A DNA stretch of 64,000 nucleotides from Felis catus (taxonomy: Eukaryota): NCBI RefSeq assembly GCF_018350175.1, contig NC_058368.1, forward strand, positions 214,770,001 through 214,834,000, read 5' to 3'. Of this stretch, positions 1-11,080 are shown one piece after another (within the stretch, counting starts at the first letter, position 1; every line of letters begins with the position of its first letter). The notes beneath the pieces are model-generated. The model had not been told where the DNA came from and ran no database searches. It saw only the letters and a list, made by a program, of their open reading frames with translations. A program made the translations under genes and the position numbers.

Positions 1-300
1 AATAGGTATTAACTCTTCTTTAAATGTTTTGTAAATTCACCTGGGAATCCATCTGGTCCTGGACTTTTACTCATTGGGAGATTTTTTATTACTGATTCAA
101 TTTCATTGCAGGTAATTGGTCTGTTCAAATTTTCTATTTCTTCCTGATTCAGTTTTGAGACATAGTGTTTCTAGTAATTTATCTATTTCTTCTAGGTTGT
201 CCAGTTTGCTAGTATATAATTTTTTAGAATATTCTTTTATCATTCTTCATATTTCTGTGGTATCGGTTATTATTTATCCTCTTTCATTTCTGATTTGGGT
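1..300 (-). mobile_element. LINE-1 ORF2 fragment (degenerate), runs off the window start
   Basis: Minus strand reads like ORF2 'IRNERG.ITTDTTEI..IIKEY..KLY..KLDNLEE.DK.LET...[14 protein letters not shown]', with stops and frameshifts. Confidence 0.9.
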
Positions 301-490
301 ATGTTTAGCTCCAACAGTGTCTCTGTCCTTCTCACCCTCTTTGATGTGGCCTCTTCTCTACATTTAGCTGTGGAGAGTCTGTTCTGCCAGTCTTCAGGTC
401 ATTTTCTGGGTTATTTGCCCTAATGTGTGTGTTACCTAGTTGTATCTGTGGGATGAGGTGAGCTTAGGGTTCTCCTACTCCACTATCTTC
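301..490 (-). mobile_element. LINE-1 5'UTR start (carnivore/laurasiatherian type)
   Basis: Reverse complement begins aagatagtggagtaggagaaccctaagctcacctcatcccacagatacaactag, resembling the L1 5' end AAGATGGCGGAGTAGGAGGACCCT..GCTCACCTC. Confidence 0.75.
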
Positions 491-550
491 CCTGGTAATC
501 CTACTACATGACAATATAGTTTAGATTTCTATTTCTTAAGTTTGCTTCTT

Positions 551-774
551 TTTAAATTTTTTTTTAATTTTTATTTATTTTTGAGAGAGAGAAAGCACAC
601 TAGCAAGTGTGGGAGCCGGGATGGGGCAGAGAGAGAGGGAGACAGAATCTGAAGCAGGTTCCAGGCTCAGCACTGTCAGCACAGAGCCTGATGCAGGCCT
701 TGAACTCACAAATGGTGAGATCATGACCCAAGAGGAAGTCTGATGCTTAACTGACTGAGTCACCCAGGAACCCC
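551..774 (-). mobile_element. CAN-SINE (SINEC_Fc-like)
   Basis: tRNA-like head, (CT)n, A-tail on minus strand; TSD gtttgcttctt on both sides. Confidence 0.95.
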
Positions 775-798
775 AGGTTTGCTTCTTAATATATGGAT

Positions 799-999
799 TT
801 TTAAAAAATGTTTATTTATTTTTGAGAGAGAGAGAGAGTGCAAGTGTAGGAGGAGCAGAGATGGGGAGGTGAGAGAGGATCTGAAGTGGGACTTGTGCTG
901 ACAACAGAGAGCCTGATGTGGGCCTCAAACTCACAAATTGTGAGATCCTGACCTGAGCCAAAGGCAGAGGCTTAACTGACTGAGTCACACAGGTGCCCC
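799..999 (-). mobile_element. CAN-SINE
   Basis: ggggcacctgtgtgactcagtcagttaagc head, CT tract, aataaa tail on minus strand. Confidence 0.95.
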
Positions 1000-3225
1000 A
1001 ATGCATTGATTTTGTATTGGTTTGTCCCTCCAGTGATATATTAATTTGTTTTGAAAATCCTAGCTGACTGACTTCCAGATATTAGAAGGAAAAAATAAAG
1101 GTTTCCTCTTTAAGCATGTTTTATACATAGGTCAGTATTTAGAAATTCTCACAAAATTATTGAAAAGAAGGCAGCTGAGAAGACTGTCAGCTAATGACTA
1201 GCTATATGTGTTTATGCTGTGATTTATGTCTCTGCACAGGATAACTTCAAATATCAGCACATTCTTCTTGGATTGGGAAAACTAAACTTTCTTGCAGCTA
1301 CTAGATAGCTAACCAATTCTCTATGAAAGCATAAGCCAGATAAAATTAAAACTTCTGTTTGCTTGTTTATTTATTTTTTAATTTTCTGTGTTTAGAACAT
1401 TGCTAAGGGTTTTAGGTAAGATAGGGAAGTTTCCAAGTGGGAACAGAGAGGTTGATTAGAAAATTCAGTCCAAATTTTCTTATCTCAGAGCTTAAAAGAG
1501 GCAAGGGAAATTGATATTTTGTAATGAAAATTTTGAGGGTTCCTTCCATTCCATCTCAAATACTAGAACTGTTTTCTAGAGAAGAAAAGAAATATCTGAT
1601 GACATCTTTATACATTTACCAAAACTAAAATATGTACAATTTTGAAATTTTGGATGAATATCATTGTTGGCTCTTCTGTTAGATTTATTTTCTGTACATT
1701 TGATGTATTAAAACCTAATGTGATAGTAGAAAATTGCCTTCTAAAAAAAGTTTTAATTTACCAAAAATAAACTGTAAACATAATCCAAATATGAGGTATT
1801 TGGGTTATTCAGATCACATTAAAATGACAATTAAAATAATTAAAATTACCAAACGTTGACTTTAGAATCTAAGGGTGCATATTCACATTCTACCAATTTG
1901 AATGTATCTGAAGTTATTGAGAAAGCCAATTGTTTGAGATACAGTGTTTGAAGATCTAACTTTGAATGGTAAATCTGATGTCTTATGTTAGCATGAAATG
2001 CTGCCGTTCGACAGAGGAAAGAAGGAAATACATAGAATTCGTTGCTAGCATGTACCAAAATTGAGACCTAATTCCCTAGCATTTTTGTTTAATGCTGTTC
2101 CAGTTGGAGGCATGAAATGAGCTGGATGCATCATCTGAGAATGGCGGCTCCACAGGCATCCACTAACCTGCTAAAAGGCTTTGCATGTGTTTGTTTATTT
2201 TTGGGATTGTATTTCTCAGTTTATGGATGCTTATCCAGAACCAGCTTTGTACACTGGCAAGCAAAAATGAATGTACTTCGAGGGGGTGTGTGTTCTAGTC
2301 CTATTGACATACTTTATTGGGAAACTAAATACTATTTGTTGATGAAAGTGGGGTGGGGGAATCTGGGGATTTTAAAAGAATAAATATTAATCAGATATGC
2401 TTACATAAAACCTAGCTACTGCCTAACAGATAACCGAATGAAATAACTTTGAATGATGGAAACTTATTGTGTAATACATAAGCAATTTGTTATGGGAAAG
2501 ATAATGTTCACATGTTAAAAATGTCAATATGCAAATGAAAATGAGCATGGTTTTCTTCTCCTGAAATCTGGCAGGCATGCACAGCATAGTGAATTTTCTC
2601 CCTTGATTCTTTTTGGTTCTTTTATGTCATTGTACAGACATGGTCATAAATAAGACCAAGCAACTGTAAGACATAGATAGGCAGACATCAGCAGCAAATC
2701 TGTGTCTGGAAAAGTTAAGAGGCTTGTTGTCTGGAATGAAGATCTCTATAGTTGTAAGGAAACTGCAGAGACCACAGGGCAAACTGGATGGACCAACCTC
2801 TAGGCAGAAACACCTAAATAAAATTTTGGTAGTATTTTATTTATAGAAATAGATTCAGATATTTCACATTTCTCAGTTGTGATTTTTGTTATATAAATAT
2901 TTTTTCCCCCTGAAACTTATTGGGCTCTTATTTTAGCCTTTTCACACTCAGGCCTCAGTTCTTCCTCCCAACTTTGTCCTTCAACATCTTCTCTACATTC
3001 CTTTCTCCATAAAAATGGATCCAATTCACAGTCTCTTGAATCACATCTAACTTACCCAGGCCATTTTTCTCACCTGTCAAATTTCCTCCTTTCTCTACCC
3101 CTCTGTACTTACTTAAACTTCACATGGACACTCTCCTACCTCCCAAAGGAATTTTCTTTGAGAACTCTGGGCAGAATTGACTTATCTGTTCTTTGAATTC
3201 TTTCCTTCACCTTTTTTTTTGGGGG

Positions 3226-3227
<2 letters not shown>

Positions 3228-3263
<36 letters not shown>
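3228..3263. repeat. (TG)n microsatellite
   Basis: Direct reading. Confidence 0.98.
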
Positions 3264-3266
<3 letters not shown>

Positions 3267-3284
3267 CGTGTTGATGGCATGTTG

Positions 3285-3940
3285 TTATATTAGTTATCTA
3301 TTGCTGACCTAACAAATTATCATGCATTTAGCAGCTTAAAATTACTAATTTATCATTTCGTTATTTGGTGGTCAGAATTTCAGGTACATGGTGGTGGTAA
3401 TGGTTGGGTGGTACATACTGATTCCTAAATCATTGAGTCTTAAACATTACATATGTACAGCTTCCTACATGTCACTGGACTTCAATTAAGTGTTGTTGTT
3501 GTTGTTGTTGTTGTTTTTAAATAAGTTTAGGCACAGAATGATGTGGCTTGTTCTCTAGAGTCTCCCAAGGCCAATATCAAAGTGTCAGCAGCATTGCTTT
3601 TCTTTCTGGAAGCTCTGGGGGTGATGCTTCCAAGTTTATACAAGTTGTTCACAGAATTCATGTCCATATGGTCATTATAGGATGAGGTGTTTATTTCCTT
3701 GATGGGTGATGGCCTAAGGTCCTTCACAGCTTCTAGAGGCTCCTTTGGTTCCTGGTAGGTGGCCTCATTCCTCCACCTTCACAGCTACATGAGTGGGTTG
3801 AGTATGCTTTGAATCTTTTTGACCTCTCTTCTGCAGCATCTCTTCTGACTCTAGCCAGAGAATTTTCTCTGCTTTTAAAGGTTCATATGATTAGATTGGG
3901 CTCATCTGAATAATTCAGGGTAATATATTTTAAAGATCAT
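3285..3940 (-). mobile_element. MaLR LTR (MLT1D-like), interrupted by a short L1 3'-end-like piece and (TTG)n
   Basis: tattagttatctattgctg..taacaaatta start; aaggttcatatgattagattgggctcatctgaataattcagg motif. Confidence 0.75.
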
Positions 3941-3944
3941 AATC

Positions 3945-4168
3945 ATGCTTCCATACCTTGGCTATTGCGAATAACGCTGTAATAAATGCAAGAGTGCCTA
4001 TATCTCTTTGAAATCCTATTTTTATTGTTTGGGGGTGGGTATATATCCAGAAGTGGAATTGCTGGATCATATGGTAGGTCTGTTTTTAAGTTTTTTTAGG
4101 AACCTCCATTCTGTTTTCTATAGTGATTGGATCCATATCAGTGGATGAATGGATAAAGAAGATGTGCT
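3945..4168. mobile_element. Short L1 fragment with 5' inversion
   Basis: 3945-4122 is L1 ORF2-end on minus; about 4130-4168 continues on plus (tcc..atcagtggatgaatggataaagaagatgtg). Confidence 0.75.
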
Positions 4169-4169
4169 A

Positions 4170-4252
4170 CATATGTATTATCTATATCTATATATCTATA
4201 TTCCTATGTCTATGTCTATGTCTATATATCTATCTATATCTATATATGTATC
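4170..4252. repeat. (TCTATA/TCTATG)n low-complexity repeat
   Basis: Direct reading. Confidence 0.9.
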
Positions 4253-6470
4253 TGCATTGGCTTCTTGATTTGACTCCATATTCCCTGAATCATGGCTTCA
4301 GTTGGCCAGTCTTTAGCTTCATCTTGGTCAGGTTGCTATGGCAGTGCTGGTCCCAGGGCTGGTCCCAGAGGAAGTAGCTACCCTGCTGAGCTGTTTCTCT
4401 ATACGTGAAGTCTTTTTAAGAGGCTCAGGCTAGAAAAAAAAAAGAAAAGAAAAGAAAAAAAGAGGCTCACGCTAGAGCATACTTCTTTATTTTAGGCTTT
4501 TGTAACAGCCTATTCTCTTGTATTCTTCTTTGTGTTTTGAAACGCAGTAGTTTATGGTTTATCTACTGAACCCTGCCTCACACAGTATTTGATGCTAGGA
4601 ATAAGTGCAACATAAGAGATCCTTAAAATAAGTGGCTTTGGATTAGTGGTCAGGTATAGAGAATCTGATGCTACAGGTTAGGACCTTGTGGGTCCTTGGC
4701 CAAACGTTTGTTAAAATTGTCATATATAGTAACGTGGGAGGAAAATGTTCCACAGAGGGAGTGCCTATAGCTTTGAGGGAAGTAGCTCTATAAAAAAATA
4801 ACGTTGGTATATTATATCTGCTTCTGACTGTTTTTAACAAAGTATTATATAAAACAGATGATCTGTCACAGGCAAGAATTTTTGAGTGTGTGGGCAGAGA
4901 TAGAAAGATATGGAAAGATCTACAAATTTGGGGCTTCACAAGACAGAAAAATCTTCAGCTACCTCTTTGCCCCAAGAGTGAGATGTTAAGGCCAAGCAAG
5001 GAAGCCAGTAAATAAGATAAAATTAATGTAATCACTAAGTTCAGACAAAAAGTTGGAGTATGTTTATTGGCACATGAAATCAACTGCAAGCAAATAAACC
5101 AAATGCCTAATATATTCTGAGGTAATTATGTTAGTGAAGAAATCACAATTCTGGGCTGAAAGACCCATGTTTGTTTTCAACCCAAAAGTAACCCTCAAAT
5201 TTCCATTCATGAACAAGCAGAAAATGGACAGGCAATGAGGATGGGTAGCCTCTAGGGGGAAGTTACTCTCTAACATGCAGTTCATTTTTGGCCACAAGAG
5301 ATGAAAGAGAAGAGGTGAAATGACCTCTAAGAGAGCAAAAGCCTGAGAGGGCAGCAGAAGATCCTGGAAATGTGACATTCCCAGAATGCTAAGGCAAGGT
5401 CTGTATGATGAATCCACTTCATTTCCAAGAAATAAGTTTTGTAATTCTAGTCACCGGAACCATTCTTCACCAGTGACCAGTTGTTGCTGAAGGTCTTTAA
5501 CACCCCTGCTTTTTTGAAAGTTAATATTAACTATGTTTATTTTGTTCCTAATTCATTCAGGTATCTCACAGTTAAAGAACTTATTCTGAAATCATATAGG
5601 TGAAATGAATTATTATAAATCTATCTTAGCCTAAGCATCTTTTTTAATGCAGAGGGAACAATGAGAGTGATCAGTTTTATGTCTTAGTTATGTTTCTAGT
5701 TTAGAAACATTGCAATTTTATACTCAATTGCATAATTTATACAAGAGTTAAATTATCCATTTCCTAATGTAACCAACTTAGTGTTATGAATAAATTTTAA
5801 TAAATTCCTTGAATTATTCTGTGCTTTTCATATTCTGCCAAATTTCTGTAGTTTGTGTAAATCATGACAAATGTTTCTTCCTTATTTCCTAAATAATTGA
5901 GAAATAGTGATAAAGAGATCTAACCTTTAGGTGAATCCAAACATCATTATAATAAAACAGAATTTTTAGCTATTTGCATATTAAATACAACTATCTTAAC
6001 TATTTGGTAGCTTCTACAGTTAATTTTTGTCACAAGCTATGGGAATCAGGATGCAATCTTTGATACAGTAGGGGTAAATAAGTGTAAGGTTTTATGCCAT
6101 GACTCCCATTACTTTTGGAAACTTGAAAAAACTGTGTTTTATTATAGTGATGTCTTATTCATATCTTCTCTAAAAATCCTTTAAAATTATTGTTGAAGTC
6201 ATAATAAAAATAATATATATCAATTTTATCAACTACAAAGTTCTAGGCATTTTGCTAGGTATATTTGTTATTATTTATAATATACTAGTACTCTAATATT
6301 ATTTCAAATAACATAGTTGAACACAACTTAATAATTTCTAGAGGTACAATATGAATCTTTAAAATAAAACAAACTTTAAGAATGATAGTAAATAGGAATG
6401 CAAAATTTTTAGTAAAGATGAGAAAGACATTCACCTGTAGAGAAAATATATACTGAGTTTATATTTTCTT

Positions 6471-6688
6471 TTTTTTAAATTTTTTTAAATGTTTATTTAT
6501 ATTTGAGAGAGACAGAGACAGAGCATGGGCGGGGGAGGGGCAGACAGAGAGGGAGACAGAATCCAAAGCAGGCTCCAGATTCTGAGCCATCAGCACAGAG
6601 CCTGAGGTGGGGCTCAGCCCACGAGCTGTGAGATCATGACCTGAGTTGAAGTCAGATGCTTAACTGACTGAGCCACCCAGGAGCCCCC
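6471..6688 (-). mobile_element. CAN-SINE (SINEC_Fc-like)
   Basis: Perfect 17-bp TSD tgagtttatattttctt at 6454-6470 and 6689-6705. Confidence 0.97.
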
Positions 6689-6946
6689 TGAGTTTATATT
6701 TTCTTATAAAACTACTCCATATCCACAGAAAATTATACAATAGACCTCCCATCAGTTAGAAAAAAATTATCAATATTTTGTCAACTGTGATTTATTTATC
6801 ACCTCCAGCTTTCCCTACACCCCTTTAAATGACAAAGAAATCTAGATATCTTGATCACATCACTAAGCCAAATTTCGTATAGTGATATAGAGGGGCTTAG
6901 TTACCTATGATTTCATATACACATCTTGCAAAAATTTTGAAAAGAC

Positions 6947-7143
6947 ATTTATTTTTTTTTGACAGAGAGACAGAGAGTGCAAGTGTGGTGGGGGCAGAGA
7001 AGGAGGGAGAGAGAGAGAATCTTAATCAGGCTCCATGCCCAGCACAGAGCCCAACTTGGGGCTTGATCTTACCACTGAGAGATTATGACCTGAGCTCAAA
7101 CCATGAGTTAGTCACTTAACTGACTGAGCCACTCAAGCACCCT
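6947..7143 (-). mobile_element. Older CAN-SINE
   Basis: Diverged head and body; TSD-like aagacattt. Confidence 0.9.
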
Positions 7144-7477
7144 GAGAAGACATTTTTAAAAAGTTATTCGCCCTTGAAATTTATTCATTATTTCTTACCT
7201 AGTAATTTTAATTATAGTCAATATCTATCTTTCTTTATTCACATTTGAATACTTATTTCTGTGGAATGTGTCATTTTAGCAAAGAAGAGAAGTTTCATTC
7301 CATTTCAAATCATATGCCTCTAGAATCCCAGGAAGAGGAAAGGTGCACTTATGTTGAAGGCTATTTTCTCATTTCTTAGGAATTGGGGAGGTCTTCTCAC
7401 TTGAGTAGGACCAATAGGTCCAAACAAAAGGACTAACAATAAACCAAATATATTTATTTATTTTCAGTTTGTATTCT

Positions 7478-7643
7478 GGGGTGCCCGGGTGGCTCAGTCA
7501 GTTAAGCCTCCGACTTTGGCTCAGATTATGATTTTGCGGTTCATAAGTTTGAGCCCCCATCGGGCTCTGTGCTGACAGCTCAGAGCCTGGAGACTGCTTC
7601 GGATTCTGTGTCTCCCCCTCTCTCTGCCCCTCCCCCACTCATG

Positions 7644-7679
<36 letters not shown>

Positions 7680-7706
7680 AATAAACATTAAAAAAAATTA
7701 AACAAG
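7478..7706 (+). mobile_element. CAN-SINE (SINEC_Fc-like)
   Basis: ggggtgcccgggtggctcagtcagttaagc head; TSD ttttcagtttgtattct at 7461-7477 and 7707-7723. Confidence 0.97.
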
Positions 7707-8062
7707 TTTTCAGTTTGTATTCTAATAATTATGGAATTTAAAAAAAGATGTTACTTCAACTTGCAAAGTACATGGTTAGTAAATATCAATGATTCATTCA
7801 TTCATTACAAAAATATTAGGGCCCTGTTATGTTTCATGTATTATGTAATTTAATAGATATAAAATCTTAAAAGGCATATTTACTCATTATTTCCCTTGGC
7901 AAACAGTGGGTTACAGGAGTGAATAAGGCCCTGGTACTGTCCTAGAACAAATGGAACCAAGAGTAATAGAATCAGATGCTGTGTTAAAGACAGGGGCGCA
8001 GTGCGGCTGGGACCATAAAAAAAGGCTGAGAGAAGCACTAATTTTGAAATGAAGAGGGAGTG

Positions 8063-8981
8063 ATAATGGCCATTGTGACAGGTGTGAGGTGATATCTCAT
8101 TGTGGTTTTGGTTTGCATTTCCCTGATGATGAGAGATGTTGAGCATCTTTTCATGTGTCTCTTGGCCATCTGGATGTCTTCTTTGGAAACATGTCTTTTC
8201 AGAGTCTCTGTCCATTTTTTAATGAGAATTTGTTGTTGTTATTGTTTTTATTGTTGTGTTATAGGAGTTCTTTTCATATTTTAGATATTAATCCCTCATC
8301 ATATATATGATTTACAAATATATTTTCCCATTCAGTAGCTTGCCTTTTTATTTTCTTGATGCTTTTCTTTACCGTGAAGAAGCTTTTTAGTTTGATATAT
8401 CCCTATTTGTTTATTTTTGATTTGTTGCCATTGCCTTTAGAGTCAGATTTAAAAAAATCATTGTCAAGACTGATGTATGGGAGCTTATCACCTATGTTTT
8501 CTTCTAGGAGTTATTTGTTACTGACCTTACATTCAAGTCTTTCATCCATTTTGAGTTAATTTTTGTGTATGGTGTAAGGTTGTTGTCCAGTTTTCATTCT
8601 TTTGAATGTAGCTATCCAGTTTTCCCAGCACCGTTTATTAGAGGGACTATTCTTTACCCCATTGTGTATTCTTGCCACCTTTATGTAAATTCATAACAAG
8701 TGTTGGAGACGATGTGGAGAAAAGGGAATCCTTGTGCACCTTTGGTGGAAATGTAAACTGGTGCAGCCAGTGTGGAAAACAGTATGGAGGTTGCTCAAAA
8801 AATTAAAAGTAGAACTACCATAAGATTCAGCATTACACTATTGGGTATTTACTCAAAGAAAATGCAAACACTACTTCCAGAAGATATATGTACCCCAGTG
8901 TTCATTGCAGCATTATTTACAATAGCCAAGATATAGAAACAACCTAAGTGTTCATCAATGGACGAGTGGAAAAAGAAAATG

Positions 8982-9028
<47 letters not shown>

Positions 9029-9568
9029 GGAATACTATTCAGCCATAAAAAGGAATGAAATTTTGACATTTGTGATAACATGGATAAAGCTTGAAGGTAG
9101 TATGATATAACTGAAATAAGTCAGAGAGAGAATGACAAATAATGTACGATTTCACTTATGTGTTGAATTTGTAATCTGAAGCAAATGAGCAAATGTAATA
9201 AAACCTATAGATATAGAGAACACATTGATGTTTGCCAGAAAGGAGTAGGGTTGGCGGCTAGGCAAAATTGATGGAAAGGATCAAGAGGTACAAACCTCCA
9301 GTTATGAAATAAATAAGTCATGGGATGTAATGTACAGCCTGGTGATTATAGTCCATAATATTGTATAGCAAACTTGAAAGAGTCAAGCAAGTAAATCTTA
9401 AAAGTTCCCATCACAAGAAAAATATTTTTTTTGTAATTTTGTATGGTGACAGATGGTAACTAGACTTATTGTGGTGATCATTTCACCATGTGTACAAATG
9501 TTTAATCACTATGTTGAACATCTGAAACTAATATAATGTTGTATGTCACTTATACTTCAATAAGAAAT
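8063..9568 (+). mobile_element. 5'-inverted, truncated L1 (L1MA9/L1_Carn-like); 8063-8692 minus, 8693-9568 plus
   Basis: ORF2 3' end and 3'UTR ending ctgaaactaatataatgttgtatgtcacttatacttcaataa; diverged TSD aaatgaagagggagtg / aaatggagaggatgtg; (TG)n at 8984-9025. Confidence 0.9.
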
Positions 9569-10849
9569 AAATGGAGAGGATGTGGAGCAGGTGGTGATGT
9601 GTAAGAAAAGTTTTAAAGAGGAAATAAAAACTGATCTATGTGGCTTAAGGGGCAGAGGATAGTTTGGCAGAAGAATCTTCAATGCAGACAAACTGGAAAA
9701 AACACAGTGTTAGTATGATGAAAATATTTTAGGTTAGAAAGGATTTGGAATTACATGCTGAGGAAGCTGGACTTCAATGTATTAGAACATAAAGAAAGGA
9801 ATTACATGATCGTATACAGTTAATTTAACCATAGTTCATGTGCCATGTAGTGCCAGATACCCACATTGTCAGATGTGTATCACTTGCTGAGCCAGATGAT
9901 GAAATTAAGCTCAGGGTGAAAACTACATATATTCCACTATAATTTAGCTGGCTTGATTTTCCCATGTTTTTGCTATTGAAGCCTATGACCACAGCTAAAA
10001 CCCTGACAGAGTAGGGACATTTTCCTCTTTCCCTCCTCGAGTCTCTGCTCAATTCAGGTTTATTCTTTAGTGGAGGAAAGAATTGCTGATCAGCATCCTG
10101 CAGCCTTGGGCACAGCTGGCATCTGCAATACTTTGGTGTGTGTCCAAGAGCCATGCAGAGAAGTGACATACCAGGGGGAGGGGGAGCTTAGAAGTGATTT
10201 CTCCACTCCCTGGAGAAGTCTGTACTCAATACAGTGGGGGGGGGGGGTGGTGAGGCGGGTACTGGAAAGGGAGCTACGGAAAGTGATTTCTGCAATGACA
10301 CATAAACCTGCACCAAGGTTTCCATCCCAAGATTTAGGCTAGTCTAGTGTCTGATTTCTTGGGTCAAAATATCAGCTCGATTTTTTTCCTGTAATTACTA
10401 TTGTGACCATAGCATTAGCTGCAAAGATTGCATTTACATCATTCCCCTTAGGCAAGTCTATGGGTTTGTTTATCGATAGTTTCTTAGGGGAAAAAAAATT
10501 CCTCCTGCATTCAGGACTCTGGTTTGTAAATGCTGTACCCATGTGACCCATTGTTCTGGAGTTTCCCTGGTGAGGAAGAAATTTCATTTGGGTGTAATTT
10601 TGTCAGAGCTCTGGGAAGTGCTTACCACTTTTGACATGTGAGACATCACAGCTCTGGGAAAGAGCTGATTACCAAGTCATATTTGTTATGGCTTTCCAGG
10701 TGGCTGGGTATTTCTAAAGCATCTTGCCTCTCATACAGCTGTACTCACACTGTTTCTTTAGAACACAGAGTCTACACTACACAGCAGCATGCGAAGAAGT
10801 ACTGCCAGTTGTGCAGATCATTTATGCTTTATAATTAGGAGAATCAGAA

Positions 10850-11080
10850 AGGCAGTAGAGTGCAGTGGTTCCACTCAGTGGTTATATCGGATTATCCTTG
10901 GACTAGTCATTCTTCAATAGTATTGTTGTGGGCAATTTACTAAGCATTTAAAATCTAATTTCCATAATATGTAAAAGGGGTTAGCAAGAGCTCCCTCACA
11001 GACATTCTTTTATGCTATTTAAAGTTGTTTTTTTTTTAAATGTATGTAAATCATCTATCATCATGTATCAGGTAATTACT
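10850..11080 (+). mobile_element. MIR (degenerate)
   Basis: aggcagtagagtgcagtggtt start; tgtgggcaatttact...tttccataatatgtaaaagggg core-like sequence. Confidence 0.55.

Noticed and set aside
1240..1310. Plus-strand acceptor-like sites (1240, 31138, 33913)
   Set aside because: Plausible AG contexts, but frames close quickly, there is no clear partner donor and no recognisable peptide.
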